A stretch of 55,268 nt of DNA, filler included, from Catajapyx aquilonaris (GCA_000934665.2; 2 parts of 2 records of this genome joined end to end with filler, not necessarily neighbours in it), one strand, 5' to 3'; shown: positions 37,818 through 48,470, numbered from the whole stretch's first letter. Made by a program: numbers and translations. The notes: a model not told the origin generated them from the sequence alone.

Positions 37818-39523
37818 GTGAGGGGCATTGTTCCCCACACATTCTGCAGTGCTTATGGTGCAATTATTAATTATTAATAATTTTTCTGTATAATTTCCCT
37901 TCCACATACACCCTGCATAGATTGCCCAGCCATGTCAGCCTCTGATGGACAAAGTGTTTTGGACATTTTGAGGTCAGGTGGACATGTTGGCAACATATCT
38001 GGCTACCCAGAGCACGAGCCACTGGTGGCAGGGGACACGGTGAGAGGCGTGTGCGTTCTCATTGAAGGAAACCGCATCTGGATGCAGCTGCTGCGGGACT
38101 TGCATCGTCTCGAGAGGCTCATGCGGAGGGTCCAGCGCTGTGGTGCTGCTGGAAACACCTTGAGCCCTAATCTGCTGTATCCTGGAACAGCATGTCTCGC
38201 TCGCTCCTCAAGTGACCGTGCCTGGTATCGCGCAGAGATTGTGTCGGACCCTGCTGCGAAATCAGTACAAGTCATGATGGTGGATTATGGATTCAAGGAA
38301 GAGGTATCCATTGCTGAAGTACTGCCAAAGATGGATGATGATACGCCCAAGACAGCCATACTGATAGAGCTGGATGCCGTTGGAACTATTCCAGACCAAT
38401 GGGCTCCTATGCTGATTGAGAAGGAATTGGACATGAATGTGCTGGAAGTGTCAGACGGCAAATATGTGTCGAATCTGATTCTGAAGGGAAATAAGTGCGT
38501 CAATGGGGCACTTGTCCTTGAGTCGCTCAAGTATGGCTTTCAACGAGATGATAACAACAACCAGAAAGCGACCTTTCCGAGGCCAACAACCAGCTTTGCT
38601 CCATGTCCAGTTTCCGCAAAGGAAGCTGAGGCCATACCCGAGTTTGAGGGACCAGCTTTCTCCGTGGGCGATCACTTTGGAGCGTACATCTCTAACATTG
38701 AGAGTCCAACACTTCTCTGGATTCAGCTGAAGGCCAATGAGGACAAGGTATTTCCCTTGCTTCACCAACCAATGTGCGTTTAATGATGCTTCTTCAACTA
38801 ATTCAGGTGTACCAAGTGGATGCGGCCATGGTAGCCCAGTACATGAACGAGGACGAGGAGATGAGCGAGGGACCTGGGAAGGAAGAGGTTGCTCCTGGGA
38901 GCATCTGGGCTGCCATGACGGAAGACGGCAACTGGCGGAGGGTCAAGGTGGTGTCGTCCACTCCTGCGGGCGTGGAGGTGATGGCTTGCGACTGGGGCGG
39001 TCAGGAGGTTGTTGACATCGCCCTGCTGCGACCCCTGCATTCTTCCATGGATTTGGATGCCATTCCTCCACTGGCCGTTGCCGTTCAGTTGATGCCACCC
39101 ACTGGCGGCGCCTTTCCAGACGATTCAGACGCAACGAAGTATATTGTGGGCGTCACTGAGTTTGGGGAAGCCCTTGTCGACATTGAGGTCATTGCTGTCG
39201 AGGAAGTGATGGTAGTGGGAGCCAAGGTCGGTGTTGTTGACCTTACCCAGTCCCTGCTCGAGTTGGAGCTGTCAGTAGACTCCTGCGCAGATGGTGATGA
39301 ATCAACCAAAGGGGGAAGCGTAGCCATGGACAGCTCTGACAGTTTCTATTCCGCCAAAAGTGGAGTCAGTGACGAAGCCGAGGATGAAGGCGGCACAATT
39401 CCTGTGGATGAAGCCGAGAATGAAGCGGCAGCAGATGGCGCCCCCTCGGTCATCGTTAAGGAAGGAGTGAGGCTTACTAATGAGCATGCGGCTGGGAAGG
39501 TGGGGGCGGTTGAGATTTTTTAA
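37751..39523 (+). CDS. Protein with two extended Tudor domains and an acidic tail, ~536 aa
   Basis: Exons 37751-37817, 37921-38747, 38807-39523 (1611 nt, in frame; downstream ATG 37932 is an alternative). Tudor motifs ACLAR..DRAWYRAEI..VMMVDYG and WAAM.EDGNWRRVKV..VMACDWG; AATAAA at ~39584. Confidence 0.85.
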
Positions 39524-40240
39524 ATGAGAGTTCAACGGCTGTGTTCATATTTATGCTTTTATATTTTTTTGTTACATGTTTAAATAAATGCAAGTTGAAG
39601 TCATCTTGTGGTTGTCTATGTGGGGTGCAAGAGACAGTTTTTTCCCCCATAAAACTGACATAGAAACAGGTTTCATCTTGGAAACTTGAAAATTCAAATT
39701 GCCGCCAGATTGGGTGACGTCACGAGATGACTGCGCGCGCATCGGCCGGTTCCTTTTTAAATTAAACTGTTAAAAACGGTGCATAAAGTTATTAAATAAA
39801 TTAAAAGTCAGATAATTATAATAACAATAGTTTTTTGGGGGGTTTAGGTTGGTACACGACGTTGCAACGCTGTTTCTGATGAGCGTACGTCACGGACGGA
39901 AGAGATGATACACCTTGTACTTGCACTTGTAGGAGGCTCACTTGTACATTACTGTGTAGTTCATACCAGGTGAAATTGTCATATTGGCTGCAACAAACTA
40001 TAATTACACATTATGTTGCATGCGTACTTACATGTATTGCAGCAATAATTGCCATTCATACATGTACATTTCTATGTAGTAGCAGCAATCATTGCACAAA
40101 ATCATGTTGAGTTTCATACTCTATTGCAATTACTAATTCTGATTGTTACGTCAAACTGTTGTTCGTACTCGCATGTACTGCAATTGCTAATTACTAATGA
40201 CATCTCATTCTGACAGGAGGAATTGAAGTAGTGGGCGGCC

Positions 40241-40834
40241 ATGCGGTTTAGATTTTGTGGCGATTTGGACTGCCCCGATTGGGTTCTGGCCGAGATGAGC
40301 ACGTTGTCCCGCCTGACGTCGGTCAAGATGAAGCTGCTCTGTCTCCAGGTGGTCAAGTCGCTTGAAGGGCAGACCATCGACTACGACAAGGTGCGGCAAA
40401 TCACATCGGACGCCAAGTACGACTCGCATGACATCAAGCGCACCGTGGCTGCCCTGAGCTTCATCTTGTCCTCGGCCGTCAAGCACCAGATTGGCGACGA
40501 CGTCCTTCTGAACGAGCTGCAGCAGCTGGGTTTGCCTAAAGAGCACAGCACGTCGCTGTGCCGCACATTCGCAGACCGCTCCCCATCCATGCTGCAGCAT
40601 TTCAGGAGCCAAAGCCTGCGACTCAGCACCTTGAGCGACGTCCAGTGGAGAGTGGACTACATCCTATCGTCCAGCCACTTGGCCGAGGTTAAGGAACCCA
40701 TGGTGCAGCTGCAGGTCGTGTACAGAGCGACCGGCGACAACGATGCGCAATCCACATTTGTCATTCCCATGTCCACCGTCCGGACGTTACTCGCCGGGCT
40801 CAAGCAGGCCCAGTCCATCATGGAGGGACTCTAA
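40241..40834 (+). CDS. COMMD4: COMM domain-containing protein 4, single coding exon, 197 aa
   Basis: Signature N-terminus MRFRFCGDLDCPDWVLAE, ELQQLGLPKEH, COMM-domain WRVDYILSSS; AATAAA at ~40910. Confidence 0.95.
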   Translation: MRFRFCGDLDCPDWVLAEMSTLSRLTSVKMKLLCLQVVKSLEGQTIDYDKVRQITSDAKYDSHDIKRTVAALSFILSSAVKHQIGDDVLLNELQQLGLPKEHSTSLCRTFADRSPSMLQHFRSQSLRLSTLSDVQWRVDYILSSSHLAEVKEPMVQLQVVYRATGDNDAQSTFVIPMSTVRTLLAGLKQAQSIMEGL

Positions 40835-40985
40835 CGGACACACTCTCCTGTAAACATTACGCCAAATATTGTGAAGCAGAGAAATAATGCCTCCAAGTGC
40901 AATTTTGTAAATAAATACAATTAGTAGTACTTGGTAGTACATGAATTTGTTTATTTCAACGTACGGTGGTCATTTCCCATATTTT

Positions 40986-41352
40986 CAGTAAATTAGGAAC
41001 AAATTGAGAACAAAATGATTGTCCATAGGTGGCCTTGCCTCTGTTTCGAGCGCCTCTCGCGGCGTCTTGTTCATACGTCGCTCCTTTTGTTGGCCCTCTG
41101 CAATAATCTTCGGTTGTCTTTCGAACGTGTCCTTAATATTTTCCAAGATGGCGGATTCTTCGGAACGGAAGGATTTGCCCCCGCCGAAGATGGAGGGCTC
41201 CTCGGCGTCCTCTCAAAAGGCATGGTGAACCTCCTTCCCAGGCTGCTGGACGGGCATCTCCTCCTCACGGCCTCCAGGGGACTGTCTCTTGTCCGGCAGC
41301 AGTGGGGGAGGCAAGGGCACTTCCTCCGCGGGGCCGCCTCGCCGGTCAGGGG
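40986..41352 (-). pseudogene. Possible orphan terminal-exon or pseudogene fragment with one in-frame TGA
   Basis: GC-rich island; minus frame PDRRGGPAEEVPLPP...HHAF*EDAEEPSIFGG...LFLIY*, followed by AATAAA at ~40950; no start codon or acceptor found. Confidence 0.25.
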
Positions 41353-41468
41353 AAATTAAAATTAATTTTATTTAATTAAAAAAAAGAACAATAGAAAATG
41401 CAAGGCGGGATAATTAGCCGTAATTACACCCCCCCTAGTGTGCATAGAAAGTGTGAGGTATTTAACTT

Positions 41469-41813
41469 AATAATAATAATAATAATAATAATAATATCCG
41501 GGTAGTGCTTGGCCTTCTCGGCATGTAGCACGGACCTTGTACGATGTACATATTTGGAACCTAATTATTGAAGCTCCCGGGCCCATGGGCAGGATGACAG
41601 GAGGGGATGTGCAAGGTGCAGTGCAATGTCTTAAACGTGGCCATTTTTAGTGAACTCCCCCGGGTGGTTTAGTCTGTGGATATACCACCCGAGACGAACC
41701 CAGAGACGACCCAACTCTGCACGAGATGAAGGGGATGTCCCCGGGTTGGGATCGAACCCAGGACCTTAACATCCGTGGGCGCATACGTTACCGCAGCACC
41801 ACTCCGCCTCCCC
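41469..41813 (-). mobile_element. tRNA-derived SINE (longer copy) with (ATT)n tail
   Basis: A/B boxes at ~41750-41803 (GGTTCGATCC), body to ~41497, then (ATT)n; head shared with 1690-1815. Confidence 0.8.
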
Positions 41814-41866
<53 letters not shown>

Positions 41867-42122
41867 GATACCCCTTGATAAACCTCCTTGGGCCTCTTAG
41901 GGGATCATCTTTTGAATAACCGACTTTAATCCTTGCCTGCGCTGTGATGGATTTTGATTGTGGGAAGAAACGGGAGAACCCCCGAGAAAACCCACGCGAA
42001 CACGGAGAGAACCCATCGAAACTCTATCCACATAAGCGTATACTCTGCCCAACACGGGGATCGAACTCGGGACCTTAGAGGTGGAAGGCTGCGGCGCTAA
42101 CTACTCCGCCACTGTGTCGCCC
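41814..42122 (-). mobile_element. V-SINE-like element with stem-loop tail and (ATT)n
   Basis: tRNA head (TGGCGGAGTAGTTAG, GAGTTCGATCC), then GTTCTCTCCGTGTTCGCGTGGGTTTTCTCGGGGGTTCTCCCGTTTCTTCCCACA resembling the V-domain; 3' GATCCCCT..AGGGGTATCC stem and (ATT)n. Confidence 0.72.
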
Positions 42123-42159
42123 TCGGTATTAAACTAAATATTGCCAGGTCAATCGAGGT

Positions 42160-42248
42160 CAATAATAATAATAATCATCATCATCATCACCATCACGACA
42201 TTTCCCTGTAAGGGGTAGTCAGCGATGACAGGAGCCACAAGCTAACCC

Positions 42249-42302
<54 letters not shown>

Positions 42303-42412
42303 CCGGGTGGAGCAAGGCAGGATAATTAGTAATAATTTATTACACCACAATTAGGGAAAGTATGAGTAAACGCTATTGCAAATTGCATCATCCTGTCAGG
42401 TCAATCATCATG

Positions 42413-42462
<50 letters not shown>

Positions 42463-42600
42463 ATTATTATTATGATACAGCAGGGTGGGGCAGGATTATT
42501 AGTAATAATTTATTACACCGAAATTAGGAGAAGTGCGAGTAAAAGCAAGTGCAAATTGCATCACCTGGCCAGATCTATTATTATTATTATTACCATCACA
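42160..42600. repeat. (AAT)n/(ATT)n/(CAT)n microsatellite cluster with a short direct duplication
   Basis: Seen directly; gcaggat(a/t)attagtaataatttattacacc...tgcaaattgcatca at ~42317 and ~42490. Confidence 0.85.
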
Positions 42601-42692
42601 TGCTGCAATATCCTGTGTTACTTCCACGATGTAAGATAGTGCAGATTGTGCAGTTTATTCTGAAAGCAACTTGCACAGTACGTGTGACATAC

Positions 42693-42820
42693 AAAGGTGC
42701 GTTTACATGTGAGCGGTTTGTAGAGCGAAATCTTCGCCTAGGCTACCAAGTGTTTGAGGCGAAAATTGATTGTTAATTTCAGCCTCAGCGATGATTTCGC
42801 TCGCATGTAAACACACCTTT
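42693..42820. mobile_element. Small MITE upstream of ThrRS
   Basis: aaaggtgcgtttacatgtgagcg ... cgctcgcatgtaaacacaccttt inverted ends. Confidence 0.6.
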
Positions 42821-42932
42821 ATTGTAACGGGGGTTAGTCGCGAATTGCAAGGTCGGGATGTACTTTTGTGCGTGGTTTATTCCGCCCTCTTTTTTTAATT
42901 GTGGTGGGTGTTGTTGCAGTGAGCCGTAAGTG

Positions 42933-45900
42933 ATGGACCCTCTCGATATAGACTCGCTGAACGAGTGGTTGTCGGACCACAGCTACTTGGGTGGGTTCGT
43001 AGCCTCCCCTGCCGATGCCCAGATGAGGCAGAGGCTCCTCACTGCCTTCGGAGGCCAGCTGCCCCCTAGATGCCCTCCCCTCATCCACCTGCAGAGGTGG
43101 TTCTCGCACGTCTGCACCCTCGGACCCTCGCTTGTCAGAGGGGCCACTTCCGCAGGACCTTCCTCTGCCCCACAGGTTGGCAGACCTTTCGTTGGCCAGC
43201 CTCGCTTTTTTACGGACGGGCAAAAGTTACCCATGCTTTGAATTTACGTACAGAACTTTGCTGCATGACATTCCGATATGTACGCCTCTTAATTTTTAGC
43301 GTAATTAATGCTTCGTTTGGTTTGCAATCTGAGGGTGGATTCACCGTAGTAACCATAGTTACTAGTAATTAACTATTTGATGAACCCACCCTCTGCTTAG
43401 CATTCAATGTTAGGCAATGTAATAAGCGATCTGACAAGCTTATTCGCAATAGCAGGTGTTAGAATCCGTAATGAACACCTGCGCATACTTTATGGTGGTA
43501 CGAATCGACCGAGTATCTCATATCTCGTAAATGAAAATATCCAACGTAGAATTTGTTATTAAAGCATGTCGGAAGAATAATTGGAATGGGTTGTAATTTA
43601 TTTTGAATTATGATGCATGGCAATGCGTGTGAAAATTGCATTTTCCGTATGTGTATCTTTGCGGATTCATTTTCCGGTTTCATTTAGCAGGAGGTGAAGA
43701 TGAAGGGAGAGAAAAAGAAGAAGGAAAGCGGCGACTCGGGTCCGGCCTTGACGGAACTGAAGCCATGGCCCGCCTTCATCGATTCCCGGCTTAAACTCTG
43801 GGATGAGTTCAAGACGGAGCGAGAGGCTTTTGTTGCTGCCCAGACGCCAGCGACCATCCAGGTGACCCTCCCGGACGGAGCCAAGGTTGAAGCCGAGTCC
43901 TTCCGAACCAGTCCGTACCAGGTGGCGGCCAAGATAAGCCAGAACCTTGCCGATTCTGTTGTGATCGCTCGGGTTGACGGCGACCTTTGGGATTTGGATC
44001 GACCTCTGGAGAGGGACTGCAAGCTGCAGCTTCTCAAATTCGACGACGACGATGCTAAGCAGGTGAGATGGTTCATAAAAGTACGTACGTTTTAACGCTC
44101 ACTCTGGTCGGTAGGTGTTCTGGCACAGCACTGCACATGTGTTGGGCGAGGCTTTGGAGCGAATGTACGGAGGATGGTTGTGCTACGGGCCGCCGCTAGA
44201 GTCAGGCGGGTTCTACTACGACATGTACTTGGAAGGAAGAGGAGTGTCCGGACAGGACTTTCCGTCTCTTGAAAACATGATGAAGACCATCGTTAAGGAG
44301 AAGCAGCCGTTTGAGCGACTGGAGCTGACCAAAGACCAGCTACTCCGCATGTTCGCCTACAATCCGTTCAAGGTTGGTGAACACTTAACGTCTGACTATT
44401 GATATGAGAATGTCTCTCGTTAATTATAGGTGCGGATTCTAAACGAGAAGGTTAACACCCCGACTACAACTGTGTACCGCTGTGGTCCGTTGATCGATCT
44501 GTGTAGAGGTCCGCATGTGCGCCACACTGGAAAACTGAAGGCCTTGAAAGTGACCAAGAACTCGGCCTCGTACTGGGAAGGAAAGGCTGAAGCCGAGTCG
44601 CTGCAGCGGGTGTACGGGATGAGCTTTCCCGATCCGAAGCAGATGAAGGAATGGCAGCGTTTGCAGGAAGAAGCGGCAAAGAGGGACCATCGGAAGCTCG
44701 GGAAGGAGCAGGAGCTGTTCTTTTTCCATGAGCTGTCTCCAGGATCATGCTTTTTCCAGCCGAAAGGAGCGCATGTGTACAACAAGCTGCTGAACTTGAT
44801 GCGGGAGGAATACAGGAAGAGAGGATTTCACGAGGTCATCAGTCCGAACATGTATAACGCCAAGCTCTGGCAGACCTCGGGACATTGGGATCATTATGCG
44901 GTCAGTTTCACTTCCTCAATGTTGATCCGCCATTAATCCGTTTCATCCACAGGATAATATGTTCTCGTTTGAAGTGGAGAAAGAGCGTTTCGCTCTGAAG
45001 CCCATGAACTGTCCCGGCCACTGTTTGATGTTCTCGCATCGAACCCGCTCCTGGCGAGAGCTCCCGTTGCGACTAGCCGACTTTGGGGTTCTCCATCGCA
45101 ATGAGCTTTCCGGCGCGTTGACCGGACTGACCAGGGTCCGTCGGTTCCAACAGGACGACGCTCACATCTTTTGCGCTCCGGAGCAGATTGGCTCGGAGAT
45201 GAAAGGGTGCCTCGAGTTCCTCGGAGACGTTTACGGCGTGCTCGGATTCGAATTTGATCTGGTGCTGTCGACCAGGCCGGAGAAGTTCCTCGGTGAGGCC
45301 GCGGTTTGGGATCAGGCCGAAGAGCAGCTTAGAAAAAGCTTAGATTCGTTCGGGAAGCCATGGAAGATAAATCCAGGTGAGATCATAAGCAGGGAGCTTA
45401 ATACTACATAAGAGGCGCAAACTTCGGTCAGCGCCATTGATTTCCGCGTCTCTCTGTTTGGGGCCGTTGCCAAGGCTGGCGGCCATTTTGAAGTGTGGGT
45501 AAGGCCAACGAGGTATAAATAGGGTACAGGGTAAAATAGGGTCCGCCATCTTTGATGGTTTTGGCGGACCCTATTTTTTGCCTGTACCCTATTTATACCT
45601 CGTTGGCGTTCCACACACTTCAAAATGGCCGCCAGCCTTGGCAACGGCCCCAAACAGAGAGACGCGGAAATCGAATGTTTGCGCCTCTTATGTAGTATAT
45701 GCTCCCTGATGTAAGTGCGTACATGATCGGTTGATGTTTATAATAATTATCCGCAGGTGACGGTGCATTTTACGGCCCCAAGATCGACATAACCGTAAGA
45801 GACGCACTGCAGCGGCCGCATCAGTGTGCGACAATCCAACTAGATTTCCAGCTACCGAATCAGTTTGATCTCGGCTTTGTTGCGGAATCAGGCGAACGCA

Positions 45901-46376
45901 AACGGCCTGTCATGATCCATCGTGCGATTTTGGGTTCGGTGGAGCGCATGATCGCAATTCTGACCGAGTCGTGCGGCGGGAAGTGGCCCTTCTGGATATC
46001 TCCTCGGCAAGCAATTGTCGTGCCTGTGGGACCCTCACTGGACGGTTACGCTGTGGACGTGAAGGAGCAGCTGTACAGGGCCGGATTTGAAGTGGAAGTG
46101 GACGTGGATCCGGGCGACACACTTAATAAGAAGATCAGAAATGCACAGCTTGCGCAATTCAATTTTATCCTAGGTCAGTATCGCCGACTCGGTTTGCGGT
46201 TCTGTCGTTAACAGCCTCTCGTTTCAGTGGTAGGCGACCGAGAGAAGGCGTCGGGAACTGTCAATGTCCGCACCCGCGACAACAAAGTGCATGGAGAGCA
46301 CACTTTGGCTGCGTTGGAAGCTCGCTTCAAGCAACTGCAAGAAGGACATGTCCTCAATGCCGAGGATGACTTCTGA
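42933..46376 (+). CDS. TARS1: Threonyl-tRNA synthetase (cytosolic type) with a putative N-terminal EF1B-beta/GST-C-like exon, ~777 aa
   Basis: Exons 42933-43175 (putative), 43691-44062, 44115-44372, 44430-44900, 44953-45376, 45757-46173, 46228-46376 (2334 nt). TGS (WDLDRPLE), editing HSTAH and DLCRGPHV, catalytic [42 protein letters not shown], anticodon-binding domain. Core is certain; the exon-1 join is inferred. Confidence 0.95.
45390..45708. mobile_element. Almost fully palindromic MITE (CAGGGAGC...GCTCCCTG) in a ThrRS intron
   Basis: ~150-bp inverted arms; second family copy at 51707-51997. Confidence 0.9.
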
Positions 46377-47092
46377 ATCCGCCGCTGAATGCAAGCCTTT
46401 TCAATTTCTCCCCAGTGTGTTTGGTTGTGTGGGCTGGCCTATGAATAAAAAAAATAAATTTGAAATTGAAATCTAGGGTTAATTTCTGCTAACCGCTCGC
46501 CTCCTGTTGAATAATGCGCAACCGGCTGAATTCGCATTCGTTGCGCCTGTTTGTTCCATGTTGACTAGTGAAACGGTGCGAACGTCACGACATGCGCAAT
46601 GCATACGGACCCTGACCTGAATTTTGGCGCATTTTTAATGATGTTTTGATCGCATTACCATGAACTAGTTTTTCGACCTTGAGTCGGGAGATGTTTCCCT
46701 TCAGATGTGTCTAGAGGTTTCTGTAACTTCAATCAAACGCAGATGACAGGTGACGAAACGAATGATTTTATTATATACAGTTCAATGAGGCAATACAATT
46801 CCCTTTTTATCTGTTTATTGATTGACAATATCTGAGTGTTGAGCAAAATGGAAAGATAATCTCGCTGATAAAAATGGGTTACGTAAAAAAAAATTAATGG
46901 AAGGGTACGTTCTCTCGAGAGGTTCGCCACTTGTGTAATCATACCTTTGCAAAGAAATGTGTCTATTAACACATTGGATTGTGATTGAGTGTACAGTGTA
47001 TGATGTAATTAATCGGCCTTTCTTGCAGAGAAATTGCGATATGAGCACACTTGAAAATTGAGTGGGAAATCCCTTGATGTTGGAAAATTGGA

Positions 47093-48470
47093 CTAACTGC
47101 TACAAAGCAGTTGTTGGGATGCGTCCGCAGCTTCTAGGAAAGAGCTGTTCCGGCGTCTTTTCAGCAGGATGGACTGTCGGTATCCGCATGCGAAACCACG
47201 TGTTCCGTCGGGGCCTCGAGGGAGACGGATGACATTGTCTGGAAGTGTGACTCCAGCCGTTGCGACCCCCAGAAGCGGACTGAGACGACCGGCTCCATCC
47301 AGCGAGTCGATGTCGCCGGTGCTTCCATTGCTGGTGCTGTCACGTCGGGCTGCCAGCAACCGCCGTTGCATCCATGGACTCCGGCTGCCTTCCGAGACGC
47401 TTGCGGATTTGTGGCGGGGCATCACGGGAGCTTCCGAGGTCCAACGAGACTCGGTTGCAAGAGATGCAACGCTGTGTCTGTGGTGCGGGCGTGATGGTGA
47501 GAGCATGGACGGTGGCGGGGGCGTTCTCGACCTGAATGTTGGGGATGCAATGAGCCCCATTGTAGCCGCTGTCGACGTAGCGCGGCGCCGGCCTCCCTTG
47601 ATAGCGACCGGTTCTGACGCAGGCGGCGTCTTCACCATCGCTGGCATTGACTCACGGCGCTTCGACTTATTGGTTGGTACCACAAACAACCGGACGCCCA
47701 AGTCCGATGCGGCTCTGACCGCTTTGGCTGCCGCATCCGGCGCATCAAACTCGGCCATTGCGCACAGCTCGGCGCCAAGCTGCGGAAACCTGGATGCCAA
47801 TGGCCGCAACTCCTCGGGTGTTGACGACCCTGGATGGATAAGCCGGACTAGTGACAGGTTGCCAAATGGCGCTAGGAGTTCGGCCACGGCGTCGACAGCG
47901 CCGCGCTCCGGAGGCAACCCCAGCGCCAAGACCAACCTGGACGGAGGAGACGACGGGGGTGAAGACGACAGCGACTCATTCGATCCGGAGATGGGCATGG
48001 CCTCCAGCTCCGGAGAAAGGGGCTCCAAGCGACGCACCTTGGTTCCCTCGGAGTTGACCTCAAGGATGGTCGAGTACTTCCGGACGGCATTAGCCACCTG
48101 TAACGCATCCATATTAGGTCGAGCTCACATAATTATGTATAATAATTTCAATTACCTGCGTCCAGTCCCGGCAGAGATGCTTGACCTTCTTGAAGGAAGC
48201 GACCAGCTTGAGTGAGACGTAGCCGTCCCTTGCCTTCTTGACGTGCTTTCTGAGGAATGCGTCTTTAGACAGGTGGTCGTTGGACAGGTAGTCCTCCACT
48301 TGGGCTGCTATCCGTCGCCCCGAGGCTGCCTCTTCGCCTCTTCCCGTCTCGTCAGCCTCACACCCCGAGTCGTCTGGAGGTGTCGATGGACGTGTCGTCG
48401 GAGGCGTCGGAGGTGTAGTCGACGTCACAGACTCCTCCTGGTCGTCTTCTGGCTCGTCCACCTCCGCCAT
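47093..48470 (-). CDS. LARP6: La-related protein 6 (La motif, RRM, C-terminal LSA/SUZ-C), ~439 aa
   Basis: Exons 48470-48156, 48097-47093 (1320 nt). KDAFLRKHV..GYVSLKLVASFKKVKHL..KVRR, SPWMQRR, IRLPRGPDGTRGF. Confidence 0.92.

Noticed and set aside
41213..41215. Selenocysteine codon
   Set aside because: No redox motif context, no SECIS identified and no gene start.
42933..43241. Stand-alone eEF1B-beta gene
   Set aside because: No acidic region or C-terminal GEF domain follows; similarity ends before a donor that is in phase with ThrRS.
47169..48215. 348-aa plus-strand ORF
   Set aside because: Antisense shadow of GC-rich LARP6; no recognisable motifs.
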